A stretch of DNA of 64,000 bases from Candidatus Omnitrophota bacterium (GCA_028870995.1 JAGWOI010000004.1:17578-81577), one strand, 5' to 3'; shown: positions 8,901 through 16,905, numbered from the stretch's first letter. Numbers and translations: made by a program. Notes: generated by a model from the sequence alone, not told the origin.

Positions 8901-11665
8901 TCAACATTTTCGACGGATCCGTCCACTCCATGTTCGATTATATCAGGGGGGCCAGGGCAAAATTCGTCAAGCGATTGGCGGCCAATGACCAAAGCATCCC
9001 GCGGCTTAATATCCCGCAGATGGCCTCCTTTCTTGGATTGAGCGCCTTTCTCTTCCTGACTTCTCTATATAAAAGGACCTACCGATTTTACCGCCGCAAC
9101 ATCCTGCATTCTGATGACCAGATCAAGGGGCTTATGTACGCCTTAAAAGGAGACAAGCTGGATAAAAATCTGGCCGTCAAATGGCTTAAGGCCCACCAGG
9201 AGAATCGCCTTGACCGCAAGGGGCAGATCATCGGGCAAGACCAAGGGGGGCAGGCTGCGGACGATTTCAAAACACTTTCCGTGAACCCGCCGGTCCAGGT
9301 TTACCTGCCTTCACGTGAAGCTTTCCAGACCTGGTATGTGCTTGTCAGTGATTGGAAGACGGCCCCCAAGGTTCCGCCGGAACGCCTCATGGCCGACCTT
9401 AACACCATTCTTAATAATGCCAAAGAGGTCTTGCGTAAAATGCCGTATGAGCCGGATTTGATGTACAGCGGTCACGCCTGGGAATCTTTGGACACGGACA
9501 CCTATCAAAAGACCTACTCTTATTTTATGGGCCTGGCCTTGGAAACTCTTAACGTGATGAACGTGCGGCTTAGCGGCCAAAAGATAGGAGAAAGTCAGAG
9601 GAGATGGATGCAAGCGGAAGCCGGCATCATGAACGATATGGTCAAGTATGTCAACAGGTACCTGCGGGTTTTAACCTACAGAGGAAACATCGAACGGGCC
9701 ATCAGCAAAAAATTCTCCTATCAGCACTGGACTGAGCGGAGCAAGTTGGCACCGCTGGTCCGATGGATTTTGACGGACAGCTACCTCTGGGGCCAATCGC
9801 AAAAGCGGCTTTTTAAAGAACTGCCCCTTTTATTGGATGAGGGCAACGCCTTGATGCCGGATTTTTACCAGGATAAAGACAGCATCATTGAAGATACGCG
9901 GATTGCCTTAAATACGGCGACCAAAAGGGGCGGCAGCCTGAATAACACCCAGGCCAGGGAAGACCGCCATAATTTCAGGCTGGGGGATTTTTGGGGCCGG
10001 GTGGTTTATTTGTCAGCGTTCGGGCTGGGGTTCGCCGGACTGGCGGGCATATTCATTGGGTACAATATGCCTTTTGTCGAATTATCGACGATTGCCTTTT
10101 TTGTGGTCTGGGTCAAAGTTTATCTCAGTTATTGGAGGCCGCATTTGGATTTGTTGAGGATGGAGTGGAACAAGCTGGCCCACAAGATACGGGGCGATTT
10201 AAAGGCCCAATTGGATCAAAAACTCGGGGATTTCACGGAAGGCCCCCGAAAGAAACAGGTGGTCTTTTTTGCGCGCAAGGAAAACCAGGAGCAAACCGCC
10301 GTCGAATTGGACACCAGCCATGCCCCTAATGTGGACATGATCGTGGTGGTGGTGTCCAACGCTAAAAGCACCGCGAACATCGAGAACTATGTCAAGGGCC
10401 TAAGGGGTCAATTGATCCGCAATGACATTCCGGTCATGGTCATTCCTTCGCGCTACCAGGGCAGCGGCAATGCCTATTTGAGCATGTTGTTGCGGGCCAG
10501 AGACAAGTTCCGGTCGCCGGCTTATAAGAATAAAAACAGATATCCTTATTTGAAGTCCTGGGACAAGTCCCGCAAACTGTTCATCTTCATCGGCAAAGAG
10601 ATCGACGGCATGGACGTCGAATATCCTTTGCTGGACTTGTCCCTCCAAACCGGCTACCGCCTGGCCCAAAAGGACCCGGATATGAACGGCAATGCCGTGG
10701 AAGGCGGGCATATCACCATTTATGCCAGGGACGCTTATTACGGCCCGACGCCGTATTTCCCCCAGCAGGGCATTACCTTTCTCACCGCCAGGGCCAACCG
10801 CGATGAATTAAAAGAACGGGGCTTCGTCAATACCAATGACAGGCACGACACTCTGTCCCCGGTTTCCGAAATCCTGGAGAAACTGGATATTGCCGCCCTG
10901 GAGAATGATAAGAGAAGCCGCAAGGGAAGGACCCTGGAATATTTGGAGGAGAAATTTAACCTGCAAAACCATGCCATCAAACAGTTCGATACTTTAAGCG
11001 GGATCGTGGATGTGGCGCCGGACGCAGAAGAATATTTGTTGAAAATTGCCGCTTATGTGGATGAGCACCAGTTGTGGAAGCAATGGAACAGGCATTTGGT
11101 AGGAGACCTTTTTGTCCCCACCTTGATGTGGATGAGCAATTTGGATGAGGAAGACAAGGAAGAAGAGGTGGAGCAGTACATTGACAAACGCAGCCGCTGG
11201 AGCGATGTCAACCCTAACGGCAATGGCCATAAGCAGGGTCATAGTCATAAGAACGGCAACGGTCATCATGAGATACAGGAGAAGCTGAGGCCGTTTTATA
11301 GCTTCATTAAAGGATTACATCCCCAGATAGAGGCCAGGGCTTTTTTACCTTATCCTCTCCTTACCGTGTCCATGCACATCGCGGGAAAGAAGTTCCAAGA
11401 GGAGATGGACCGGTTTAAGTCCATCGATCATGCGCAAATATCCCAGGCGCCGGTCCTTTCGGAGACGAGGATTGACTCCCGTCCCGGCGGTATCGATCTT
11501 TCCCAGACATCGGATAAAATTTTATTTCAAAAAAGCGATGCGGCCCGGGCAGGCGGTTCCTTTCTTGTTTCGCAGGTCCTTAAGTCCTTTAAGGGTTTTG
11601 ATTTCCAAGTCATTGAATACCGTCAGATTTCGAATCCGTTGAGTTCCCTGGAAGGCGGCCTTTAA
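2918..11665 (+). CDS. Giant (2915 aa) multidomain envelope protein. Regions in order: signal peptide, unknown N-domain, Pro/Ala linkers, HlyD/membrane-fusion-protein-like beta/coiled-coil module, long coiled coils, HEAT-like repeats, TM segments, C-terminal unknown domain, His/Asn/Gly-rich tail
   Basis: Single uninterrupted ORF of 8.7 kb. Start may be TTG at 2918 or ATG at 2927. N-terminal hydrophobic leader. MFP-like motifs: VRAPNSGIVISRAAY…, LRAPTDGPVQFLVHEGQQVAKGQIVAVVEN, VGDPVVVETPQGVRLPGKVTAVN. PA-rich linkers: TAPPAVPSVAAPAA; AVPTPPVVVSPLGAPTVVLPAPAA. Predicted TM helices near aa ~2380–2420. HEAT-like repeats around aa 1450–1700. Tail contains NGNGHKQGHSHKNGNGHHE. Confidence 0.7.
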   Translation: MLIMRRRLIILFLILTFSVETLGGDAARAWSQSQAENAVMLPPGTLMSISPVFSLPTLRGIAIDPHDPFKINFVVDKADQNDQIQGQVNLLVKYFLSFLTIPEEDLWVNLSPYEKGRIITPDFENTNAGRDMLVEDYTLKQLASSLTYPGSDLGKIFWQKIFRRARQEYGSTAIPLNTFNKVWVVPDRAVVYEGNGSAFIAESHLKVLVEEDYLSMRKHGQIVPKNDGTENLSSQIMRELIVPELEREVNEGKSFAPLRQMFNSLILAIWFKKRLRENLIDKVYVDQDKTLGIALNEKQVKERIYAQYLKAFKKGVYNFIQEDYDAASHQDVPRKYFSGGFSFTNAASCISYRPASQIEELPENQRRFKGDFSMFSIVLNPLGVSKAALLKADAAQTSSSGRINKLLYSFVFAVGVAAGGWMMMPVSPTAPPAVPSVAAPAATNTALPAAAVPIQVTTADKDGQIEFHNFSDDVVPIPVEDQLLAEDGGVISGLDPDKKDYKAGDVMFSLIDPQVKGRIEQLTKELAIRQEKLQALQKLFPQQASGEEVTAAGQAVDEISAELAHARQALITRVAVAPHDLRVKNMLVANDMSVAKGGELLTYFDKQRIQVNIQVPPSLNYFYAIKGLKINGRPVESMVSLDWSLDPLQKNAQLSMIMDVPSSIVTGQPAKLEFTFSAPDTDHQLLETVSGLDQTLAKVNRVEAYVLRAPTDGPVQFLVHEGQQVAKGQIVAVVENKNYIEEYQNTRLGLRSLDIQIGLGRDIDGTLLIKRDELDRLKEQRAVFLEKLKTLEQEIQLDYVRAPNSGIVISRAAYQSKVFKGQDELLRIGTGETIVGNINGPRDLILFPKDLDIKVGDPVVVETPQGVRLPGKVTAVNKSPFDAARDLSANQAVEVMAFDRQNILQPNLPVNIILPQQGQRQQVLVAWDTVAHENTAAVPTPPVVVSPLGAPTVVLPAPAAATLTSTPDFTNGVPLLDLAGIDRLVAGNELVSGAQSLEVLQKKEAEAFPSASRFSLTGGVFMQNGKLVVSGGVQGMLKNSINGGLSSGNAIGSAVPLVFDLAGNIIDAISGKVVKETALAKKMTEIAYHHMQETIIQQSVAGQDLLIDIGAARQKIGELKKLQQDMRQARSVMKAREEAGFSLKIQQDQLDYEIQDITNQIETLETQQAEWKTQLDVLISRTRTVHFDMDISPVLPWGKGFTPIDAATKEAMAKQLLGPGSPNPRMQEVTAADQAVDMSIKLQNLGRLPFINLGGVFINNGHGLNPLYDVSEPVTGERTGNLQQGANPAGQIEIPLIDTVQHTKEAIVALEKQKSQLNIDTAKAELGRQLEQAVDDINRLSAQIQQTQEAYRNAVAVWEAKIRRPDFYLPYQLVSDRLEINKLWQELCNQKAQYLKAETSLRELRVWGQETSKVQAGPMDGLPAAVSAAVAGDFSVEAPSLIIPSLPSLNLMAFSQGEDTLAPGIINYHIGEDVSSAWALMHGNPSGADTPLDALKNILIKEPNTFVRADALKHFLAEYQGDSRFLPALKDIVERSAHPDVVWELLKYMSQREDRDPRFLVEVIDEGENSRDHLLVRLGFQALRDVLTMYPQEMKKLSPADFITSAHSPYPRATITAANKVFLTFLAQEPDDSIAAERLVQSDFWSTDDLKDIYKKLETAKDDHPGSAPQIEALAQFIQAADKRKAALDNIDQVFTPGPFGEHGGAVFQRDIISYIQIMDNARESQRFLNTSPQWEKMAAFIHPKLYACTLSEVQRPGPAAAAVPVDPVYDLMPSTAQHPELEYFQSLGLKEQEGYIEQSQDICELNRILDLNTPLRTVVLDRLMASSQGRVLVLKTYLGSDAPDLLGLIESRSWDTVLLADIPNIEDAASNRIVRSGLEKMYDRTGQEKYLNLRLLTYSDFELPALDDPRGKRIREAAIRRAAAIRALQAYQKHMEVEVLPWAGYSIQDARTKTEIANLQRIFVEEPDPVKVDEYIDSHTVLSRQVPRRIFDQINIFDGSVHSMFDYIRGARAKFVKRLAANDQSIPRLNIPQMASFLGLSAFLFLTSLYKRTYRFYRRNILHSDDQIKGLMYALKGDKLDKNLAVKWLKAHQENRLDRKGQIIGQDQGGQAADDFKTLSVNPPVQVYLPSREAFQTWYVLVSDWKTAPKVPPERLMADLNTILNNAKEVLRKMPYEPDLMYSGHAWESLDTDTYQKTYSYFMGLALETLNVMNVRLSGQKIGESQRRWMQAEAGIMNDMVKYVNRYLRVLTYRGNIERAISKKFSYQHWTERSKLAPLVRWILTDSYLWGQSQKRLFKELPLLLDEGNALMPDFYQDKDSIIEDTRIALNTATKRGGSLNNTQAREDRHNFRLGDFWGRVVYLSAFGLGFAGLAGIFIGYNMPFVELSTIAFFVVWVKVYLSYWRPHLDLLRMEWNKLAHKIRGDLKAQLDQKLGDFTEGPRKKQVVFFARKENQEQTAVELDTSHAPNVDMIVVVVSNAKSTANIENYVKGLRGQLIRNDIPVMVIPSRYQGSGNAYLSMLLRARDKFRSPAYKNKNRYPYLKSWDKSRKLFIFIGKEIDGMDVEYPLLDLSLQTGYRLAQKDPDMNGNAVEGGHITIYARDAYYGPTPYFPQQGITFLTARANRDELKERGFVNTNDRHDTLSPVSEILEKLDIAALENDKRSRKGRTLEYLEEKFNLQNHAIKQFDTLSGIVDVAPDAEEYLLKIAAYVDEHQLWKQWNRHLVGDLFVPTLMWMSNLDEEDKEEEVEQYIDKRSRWSDVNPNGNGHKQGHSHKNGNGHHEIQEKLRPFYSFIKGLHPQIEARAFLPYPLLTVSMHIAGKKFQEEMDRFKSIDHAQISQAPVLSETRIDSRPGGIDLSQTSDKILFQKSDAARAGGSFLVSQVLKSFKGFDFQVIEYRQISNPLSSLEGGL

Positions 11666-11697
11666 AACTTTACAGCGGCTTTATCTTTTTCTAATAT

Positions 11698-11753
11698 AAA
11701 CAGCGTAGCATGGGGTCATTCGGGAGGATAAAACAATGACCCCAGCGCTGTTT
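11698..11753 (+). terminator. Strong imperfect inverted repeat (17-bp arms with a 5-nt bulge) downstream of the giant gene. Likely transcription terminator.
   Basis: AAACAGCG-TAGCA-TGGGGTCAT … ATGACCCCAGCGCTGTTT, followed by a T-rich tract (ATCTTTATTTT). Confidence 0.5.
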
Positions 11754-11818
11754 ATCTTTATTTTAGAGCTGATTTTTAAACAAAATTTCAATCTAATTGA
11801 GCTCTAACACTTAATTTG

Positions 11819-11853
11819 TCCTTAATATTTCCTTAATATTCAAGCCCTATATT
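11819..11853 (+). promoter_or_regulatory. Pho-box-like element upstream of the porin-pst operon: perfect 11-bp tandem direct repeat TCCTTAATATT x2, followed 7 bp later by a TATATT -10-like hexamer
   Basis: The repeats are read directly from the sequence. PhoB-type activators bind direct repeats with 11-bp periodicity that replace the -35 element. Confidence 0.45.
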
Positions 11854-11899
11854 TAGCGTGTCCCGAAAAGAATATCAATCACCAAAAGCAGGAGGATTC

Positions 11900-13240
11900 A
11901 TGAAAAAAACGGTTCTAACACTCGCAACAATAATGGCTTTTGGTTGGCAAGGCATAAGCTTTGCCGACAGCTCGGTGGATGCGCTGATCCAGAAATTGCA
12001 GGATAAGGGTATCCTGACCTCTCAGGAGGCGAGCCAGCTCAAGGATGAAGTTTCCACCAAGGAAGAAACTACTCAGAAGGCAACTTTCAAAAGCATGTTG
12101 CCCAGCTGGATCAGCGGGATTAAAATCGGTGGAGATTTCCGTCTGCGCGATCAAATTCAGCGTACCAAGAAACCCACCGGCGGTACAGGTAATGATGCCA
12201 GAAACAGGGGCCGTCTGCGCGCCCGGTTGAATCTGGAAGACCAGATCAACGACAAGGTCAAATTCGACGTGACCTTGGCCACTGAAGGCGGAAGCGACAA
12301 TGGCCAATTGAATAACAGCCGTTCCAATAACTGGACCTTCGGCGGTAATGGATCTACTGGTTCCGGATCTTTTTCCAAACCTTACATTGCCCTTGATAAG
12401 GCCTATGTGACGTATACGCCTAACAAGATGGTCACCTTATTGGGCGGTAAAATGGCCAATCCTATTTGGGAACCCGCCAGCCTGCTTTGGGACCCGGATA
12501 TCACTCCTGAAGGCGGCGCTATTTTATTATCCAAGAGATTAAGCGATCTGGTCACCCCTTTCTCGACCAATGCGTTCTTTGTCCTTAAAGATTCGGGGCC
12601 TAGCTCTTCTCAAAGGACAGATCCGTATGTTTTTGTCACCCAAGAGGGTATTAAAGGCAACTTGACGGACAAGGTGTTCTATCAGGCAGCCGCACAGGGG
12701 CATTTCTTCAGCAATGCCGGCCATGTGCCGCTTGATAACGGGGCTGGATCAGTGGGTAATACATTGACCAGCGGCGGTTTATATGCTTATGGTTATAGTT
12801 TGGTTGGCGGCGCCATTAATATCGGCATGAATGATCCGTTCGGCGACATGCTGCCCAATCCCATCTATATTCCTCAAATCGGGATATTCGGAGAATATAA
12901 CCAAAATATGGATGTTTCCAACAAAAATACCTCTTGGGATGCCGGCTGGTACATGGGCAATTCCGCCATCAACGGCTGGGGGACCTGGAAAATTTCCTCC
13001 TTCTATAAGGTACTTGCGGCCGATTCAGTTCCCGATGCCATTCCGTCGGATGACTTCTATTCCGGTGATACGGACACCAGGGGCTGGCAGAATGAAATCG
13101 ATATCGGTTTGGCCAAAAACGTATGGTTTGACATGTTGTATTACCATACCAATGTCTATAAACCCATTGCTTCCATTACGAACTTAAGCAGCAATGCGCC
13201 GGAAGACATCTTCCAAATCGATATGAATTTCAAGTTCTAA
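11900..13240 (+). CDS. Outer-membrane beta-barrel porin (possibly phosphate-selective), first gene of the pst operon
   Basis: Signal peptide (MKKTVLTLATIMAFGWQGISFA). Gly/Asn/Tyr-rich beta-strand-like sequence. C-terminal …NFKF ending in Phe, an outer-membrane-protein signature. GGAGG ribosome-binding site before ATG 11900. Immediately upstream of pstS. Confidence 0.6.
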   Translation: MKKTVLTLATIMAFGWQGISFADSSVDALIQKLQDKGILTSQEASQLKDEVSTKEETTQKATFKSMLPSWISGIKIGGDFRLRDQIQRTKKPTGGTGNDARNRGRLRARLNLEDQINDKVKFDVTLATEGGSDNGQLNNSRSNNWTFGGNGSTGSGSFSKPYIALDKAYVTYTPNKMVTLLGGKMANPIWEPASLLWDPDITPEGGAILLSKRLSDLVTPFSTNAFFVLKDSGPSSSQRTDPYVFVTQEGIKGNLTDKVFYQAAAQGHFFSNAGHVPLDNGAGSVGNTLTSGGLYAYGYSLVGGAINIGMNDPFGDMLPNPIYIPQIGIFGEYNQNMDVSNKNTSWDAGWYMGNSAINGWGTWKISSFYKVLAADSVPDAIPSDDFYSGDTDTRGWQNEIDIGLAKNVWFDMLYYHTNVYKPIASITNLSSNAPEDIFQIDMNFKF

Positions 13241-13271
13241 GCATGATGAATCCATTAAGAAAGGAAAGTTT

Positions 13272-14282
13272 ATGAAAAAGTTATTAGCTTTAGTTGCCGC
13301 CTTGGGCTTTGCCACCTCAGCCTGGGCCGGTCAGATCCAGCTTACAGGGGCAGGCTCGACTTTTATTTATCCTGCCATTACGAAATGGTTTGAAGCCTAT
13401 GACAGTATTGATCCTAACGTCCAATTCAACTACCAGGCCATTGGATCGGGTGCCGGCATCAAGGAAATTACGGATAAGATCGTGGATTTCGGCGGTACCG
13501 ACGGCCCCATGACGGAAGGCCAAATGGCTGCGGCCCCCGGCAAGATCTACCATATTCCGCTGGTCATGGGCGCGGAAGCCATTGCCTACAATATTCCGGG
13601 AGTCGGCCCTGGATTGAAGTTTACCCCTGATGTTTTGGCCGGCATTTGGTTGGGCGAAATCACCAATTGGAATGATCCCAAGATCACGGCCCAAAATCCT
13701 GGCGTCAATCTTCCTAACATGCCCATCATCGTAGCACACCGCTCCGATGGCAGCGGCACCACCTTCATCTTTACGCATTACCTGAGTTCAGTGAGTCCCG
13801 AATGGTCTTCCAAGGTGGGTTTTAGTACGTCCGTTTCGTGGCCGGTGGGCTTGGGCGGCAAAGGCAATCAGGGCGTTTCAGGTATCCTTACGCAAAATCC
13901 TGGTTCCATAGGGTACGTGGAACTGGCTTATGCCATCCAAAATAAGATCCCTTACGGGGTGGTGGAAAATTCCAGCGGTAATTTTGTGGAGCCTACCGTT
14001 GAGGCGACATCCGAAGCCGCTTCAGGAGTGCCTATTCCGGCGGATTTCCGTGCCTCCATCGTCAACAGCTCGAACCCCAAGGCCTACCCCATTTGCGGGT
14101 TCAGCTGGATGCTGATCTACAAGAATATGGCGGGCGAAGGGGCCAAGGGCAAGGCCTTGGTGGATTTCGCCAAATGGGCGGTCACCGATGGGCAAAAGAT
14201 TTCCGCGCAACTCGACTATGCGCCCCTGCCATCGGACTTGATTGCGAAAATCATGAAGACACTGGATAAAATCAGTTATTAA
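13272..14282 (+). CDS. pstS: Phosphate ABC transporter substrate-binding protein PstS
   Basis: Signal peptide. PstS motifs (GAGSTF.YP…W…Y; SDGSGTTFIFT). Followed by pstCAB. Confidence 0.9.
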   Translation: MKKLLALVAALGFATSAWAGQIQLTGAGSTFIYPAITKWFEAYDSIDPNVQFNYQAIGSGAGIKEITDKIVDFGGTDGPMTEGQMAAAPGKIYHIPLVMGAEAIAYNIPGVGPGLKFTPDVLAGIWLGEITNWNDPKITAQNPGVNLPNMPIIVAHRSDGSGTTFIFTHYLSSVSPEWSSKVGFSTSVSWPVGLGGKGNQGVSGILTQNPGSIGYVELAYAIQNKIPYGVVENSSGNFVEPTVEATSEAASGVPIPADFRASIVNSSNPKAYPICGFSWMLIYKNMAGEGAKGKALVDFAKWAVTDGQKISAQLDYAPLPSDLIAKIMKTLDKISY

Positions 14283-14297
14283 GGTAAAATAATCGGC

Positions 14298-15227
14298 ATG
14301 AGTCGCCATGATACCAGCGACTTGATCTTCAGAAGGGTTTTGGCCGCCTTTCCCATCACCGTTCTGATTATCGTCGCTGGTATTTTTTTTGAGCTCGTTT
14401 ATTCTTCCCTGCCGTCTTTGCATAAATTCGGCATAGGATTCCTTTATCATAGTATTTGGAACCCGGTTGAGGAAAATTTCGGCGCCCTGCCGTTTATTTA
14501 CGGCACCTGTGTCACGTCCTTGGTGGCGCTTTTATTGGCCATTCCCATCGGTGTGGGAGCGGCCATTTATTTGGTGGAATATGCTCCAGTCAAGGTGTCA
14601 AGGGTGATATCAACGTTGGTGGACCTTCTGGCCGCCATTCCCAGTGTTATCTATGGGCTTTGGGGCATTTTTGTCCTGGTGCCTTTTATGAGAAATGTTG
14701 TCCAGCCGTTTTTGGGGAAATATTTCGGTTTCCTGCCTTTGTTCCAGGGCCCCAATTACGGCATCGGCATGCTGGCCGCAAGCGTGATGCTGGCCATCAT
14801 CATCGTGCCGTTCATCATTTCCGTTTCGCGCGAGGTGATTGCGGCCGTCCCGTTTGTTTACAAGGAAAGCGCCTATGCCCTGGGCGCTACCCGCTGGGAG
14901 GCTTTGAGTAATATTGTTTTAAGCTACGGCAAGGCCGGTATTTTGGGCGCCGTGATCCTGGCTCTGGGCCGGGCCATCGGCGAGGTCATGGCTGTGACCA
15001 TGATCATCGGCAACGACCCCAAAATCGCTCTGTCCCTGTTCTCGCCGGGGTATACCTTGGCGAGCGTCATTGCCAATGAGTTCGCGGAAGCTGATTTTCC
15101 GATGTATTTGTCGGCCCTCATCGAGATCGCCCTGGTCCTGTTCCTGGTGGCCATCATTGTCAATATCCTGGCCCGGCTGTTGATATGGTCGGTGACCGGG
15201 GCGCAATCCGCGGAGGCTGTCAAATGA
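14298..15227 (+). CDS. pstC: Phosphate ABC transporter permease PstC
   Basis: Six-TM permease with an EAA-like loop, in operon context. Confidence 0.85.
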   Translation: MSRHDTSDLIFRRVLAAFPITVLIIVAGIFFELVYSSLPSLHKFGIGFLYHSIWNPVEENFGALPFIYGTCVTSLVALLLAIPIGVGAAIYLVEYAPVKVSRVISTLVDLLAAIPSVIYGLWGIFVLVPFMRNVVQPFLGKYFGFLPLFQGPNYGIGMLAASVMLAIIIVPFIISVSREVIAAVPFVYKESAYALGATRWEALSNIVLSYGKAGILGAVILALGRAIGEVMAVTMIIGNDPKIALSLFSPGYTLASVIANEFAEADFPMYLSALIEIALVLFLVAIIVNILARLLIWSVTGAQSAEAVK

Positions 15228-16102
15228 AAGACCTGGTCTTGAAATCCTTTGACGCCACCCGCCTGCGCAGAGAAATTTGGGACAAGGTCATGGTGGTCGT
15301 GCTTTTTTTATGCGCGGCGTGCGTGCTTTTTATCCTATTTATTATCTTGTGGCATTTGATCGCACGTGGGCTTTCTTCATTGAACCCGGCCTTTTTCACG
15401 CATCTGCCCAAGGCCGTCGGCGAATCGGGCGGGGGCATGGCCAATGCCATCATCGGCACCTTTGTCCTGCTGCTGCTGGCAGTGGGTGTCGGCGTGCCGC
15501 TCGGGCTTGGCGCAGGCGTCTATTTAAGCGAGTACGCGCATCAGCGTTTTGCCCAGACGGTGCGTTTTATGACCGATGTTCTCAACGGTGTTCCTTCGAT
15601 CGTCTTCGGCATTTTTTCGTATACGGTCTGCGTGCTTCCCATGAAATCGTTCTCAGCGGTCTCCGGCGGCTTCGCGTTGGGGCTCATGATGATCCCCATG
15701 ATCACGCGCACCAGCGAGCAGTTCGTCAAGATGGTCCCTCACCAGTTGAGGGAAGCGGGCCTGGCCTTGGGGCTCCCCAAATGGCGGGTGATCACCGGTA
15801 TTATTTTACCTTCGGCGATAGGCGGCATCATGACCGGCATTATGGTGGCGCTGGCGCGTGTGGCAGGGGAGACAGCTCCATTGCTGTTTACTGCTTTCGG
15901 CAACCTTCATTACACGCAGTCCCTCATGCAGCCCATTGCGGCCATACCGCTGCAGATCTTCAACTACGCTGTTTCGCCTTACAGCGACTGGCACCGTCAG
16001 GCCTGGGCCGGGGCGCTGGTCTTGATCGTTATAGTTTTTATCATTAACATTTGGGCCCAGTATTTTGTGTACAGCCGTAAACGCTGGTCAGCGGGGAAAT
16101 AG
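15224..16102 (+). CDS. pstA: Phosphate ABC transporter permease PstA
   Basis: ATGA start/stop overlap with pstC at 15224. Permease with an EAA motif region (…REAGLALGLPKWRVI…). Confidence 0.85.
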   Translation: MKDLVLKSFDATRLRREIWDKVMVVVLFLCAACVLFILFIILWHLIARGLSSLNPAFFTHLPKAVGESGGGMANAIIGTFVLLLLAVGVGVPLGLGAGVYLSEYAHQRFAQTVRFMTDVLNGVPSIVFGIFSYTVCVLPMKSFSAVSGGFALGLMMIPMITRTSEQFVKMVPHQLREAGLALGLPKWRVITGIILPSAIGGIMTGIMVALARVAGETAPLLFTAFGNLHYTQSLMQPIAAIPLQIFNYAVSPYSDWHRQAWAGALVLIVIVFIINIWAQYFVYSRKRWSAGK

Positions 16103-16105
16103 GAC

Positions 16106-16867
16106 ATGAACACTAACGGACGCATCGAAGTCAAGAATTTGAACTTTTACTACGGCAACTACCAGGCGCTTAAAAACGTCTCGATGACCGTTGAGCCCCA
16201 CCAGATCGTGGCCATGATCGGGCCGTCGGGCTGCGGCAAATCGACCCTGATCCGTATTTTCAACCGTATGTGCGATTTGATCCCCTCCACCCGTGTGGAG
16301 GGCAAAGTTCTTATCGACGGCAAGGACATTTATACTAAAGATACGGATGTGGTCAGCTTAAGGCGCAAGGTGGGCATGGTGTTCCAGAAATCGACGCCGT
16401 TTCCCAAATCCATTTATGATAATGTCGCCTACGGCTTAAAAATTATAGGCATCAAGGACCATCGCGTGTTGAACGAAACCGTTGAAAAATGCCTTCGCCG
16501 ATCGGCCTTGTGGGACGAGGTCAAAGACCATTTGGGCAAGAGCGCGCTGTCGCTGTCCGGCGGCCAGCAGCAGCGCCTGTGCATTGCCCGGGCCATCGCC
16601 GTTGACCCGGAGATCATTTTAATGGATGAGCCCTGCTCGGCCCTGGACCCTATCGCCACGGCCCGCATCGAGGAGTTGATGGCCGCCTTGAAGGATGAAT
16701 ACACGATCGTGATCGTCACCCATAACATGCAGCAGGCGGCTCGCGTTTCGGACAAGACCGCCTTTTTGATGCACGGGCAGCTTATCGAATACAACAAGAC
16801 CACGGATTTCTTCACCAATCCGTCCAATAAGATCACGGAAGACTATATTACCGGCCGGTTCGGGTAA
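16106..16867 (+). CDS. pstB: Phosphate ABC transporter ATP-binding protein PstB
   Basis: Walker [13 protein letters not shown] signature LSGGQQQRL, Walker B ILMDEP. Confidence 0.92.
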   Translation: MNTNGRIEVKNLNFYYGNYQALKNVSMTVEPHQIVAMIGPSGCGKSTLIRIFNRMCDLIPSTRVEGKVLIDGKDIYTKDTDVVSLRRKVGMVFQKSTPFPKSIYDNVAYGLKIIGIKDHRVLNETVEKCLRRSALWDEVKDHLGKSALSLSGGQQQRLCIARAIAVDPEIILMDEPCSALDPIATARIEELMAALKDEYTIVIVTHNMQQAARVSDKTAFLMHGQLIEYNKTTDFFTNPSNKITEDYITGRFG

Positions 16868-16868
16868 T

Positions 16869-16895
16869 AAAAAAAAGGGGACTGTCCCCTTTTTA
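16869..16895. terminator. Palindromic element AAAAAAAAGGGGACTGTCCCCTTTTT between pstB and phoU (bidirectional terminator/attenuator-like). Member of a repeated element family.
   Basis: Perfect palindrome GGGGAC-T-GTCCCC flanked by an A-run and a T-run. Related copies at 21751–21796 and 32147–32170. Confidence 0.5.
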
Positions 16896-16905
16896 GGAGA
16901 AAAAT

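Noticed and set aside
5036-10711. Numerous reverse-strand and alternate-frame ORFs (60–200 aa) inside the giant gene, and similar ones inside pstA, pnp, ftsK and mur genes
   Set aside because: They have the Arg/Gly/Pro-rich composition typical of out-of-frame readings of high-GC coding sequence. They overlap a continuous, motif-rich forward ORF and have no ribosome-binding site.
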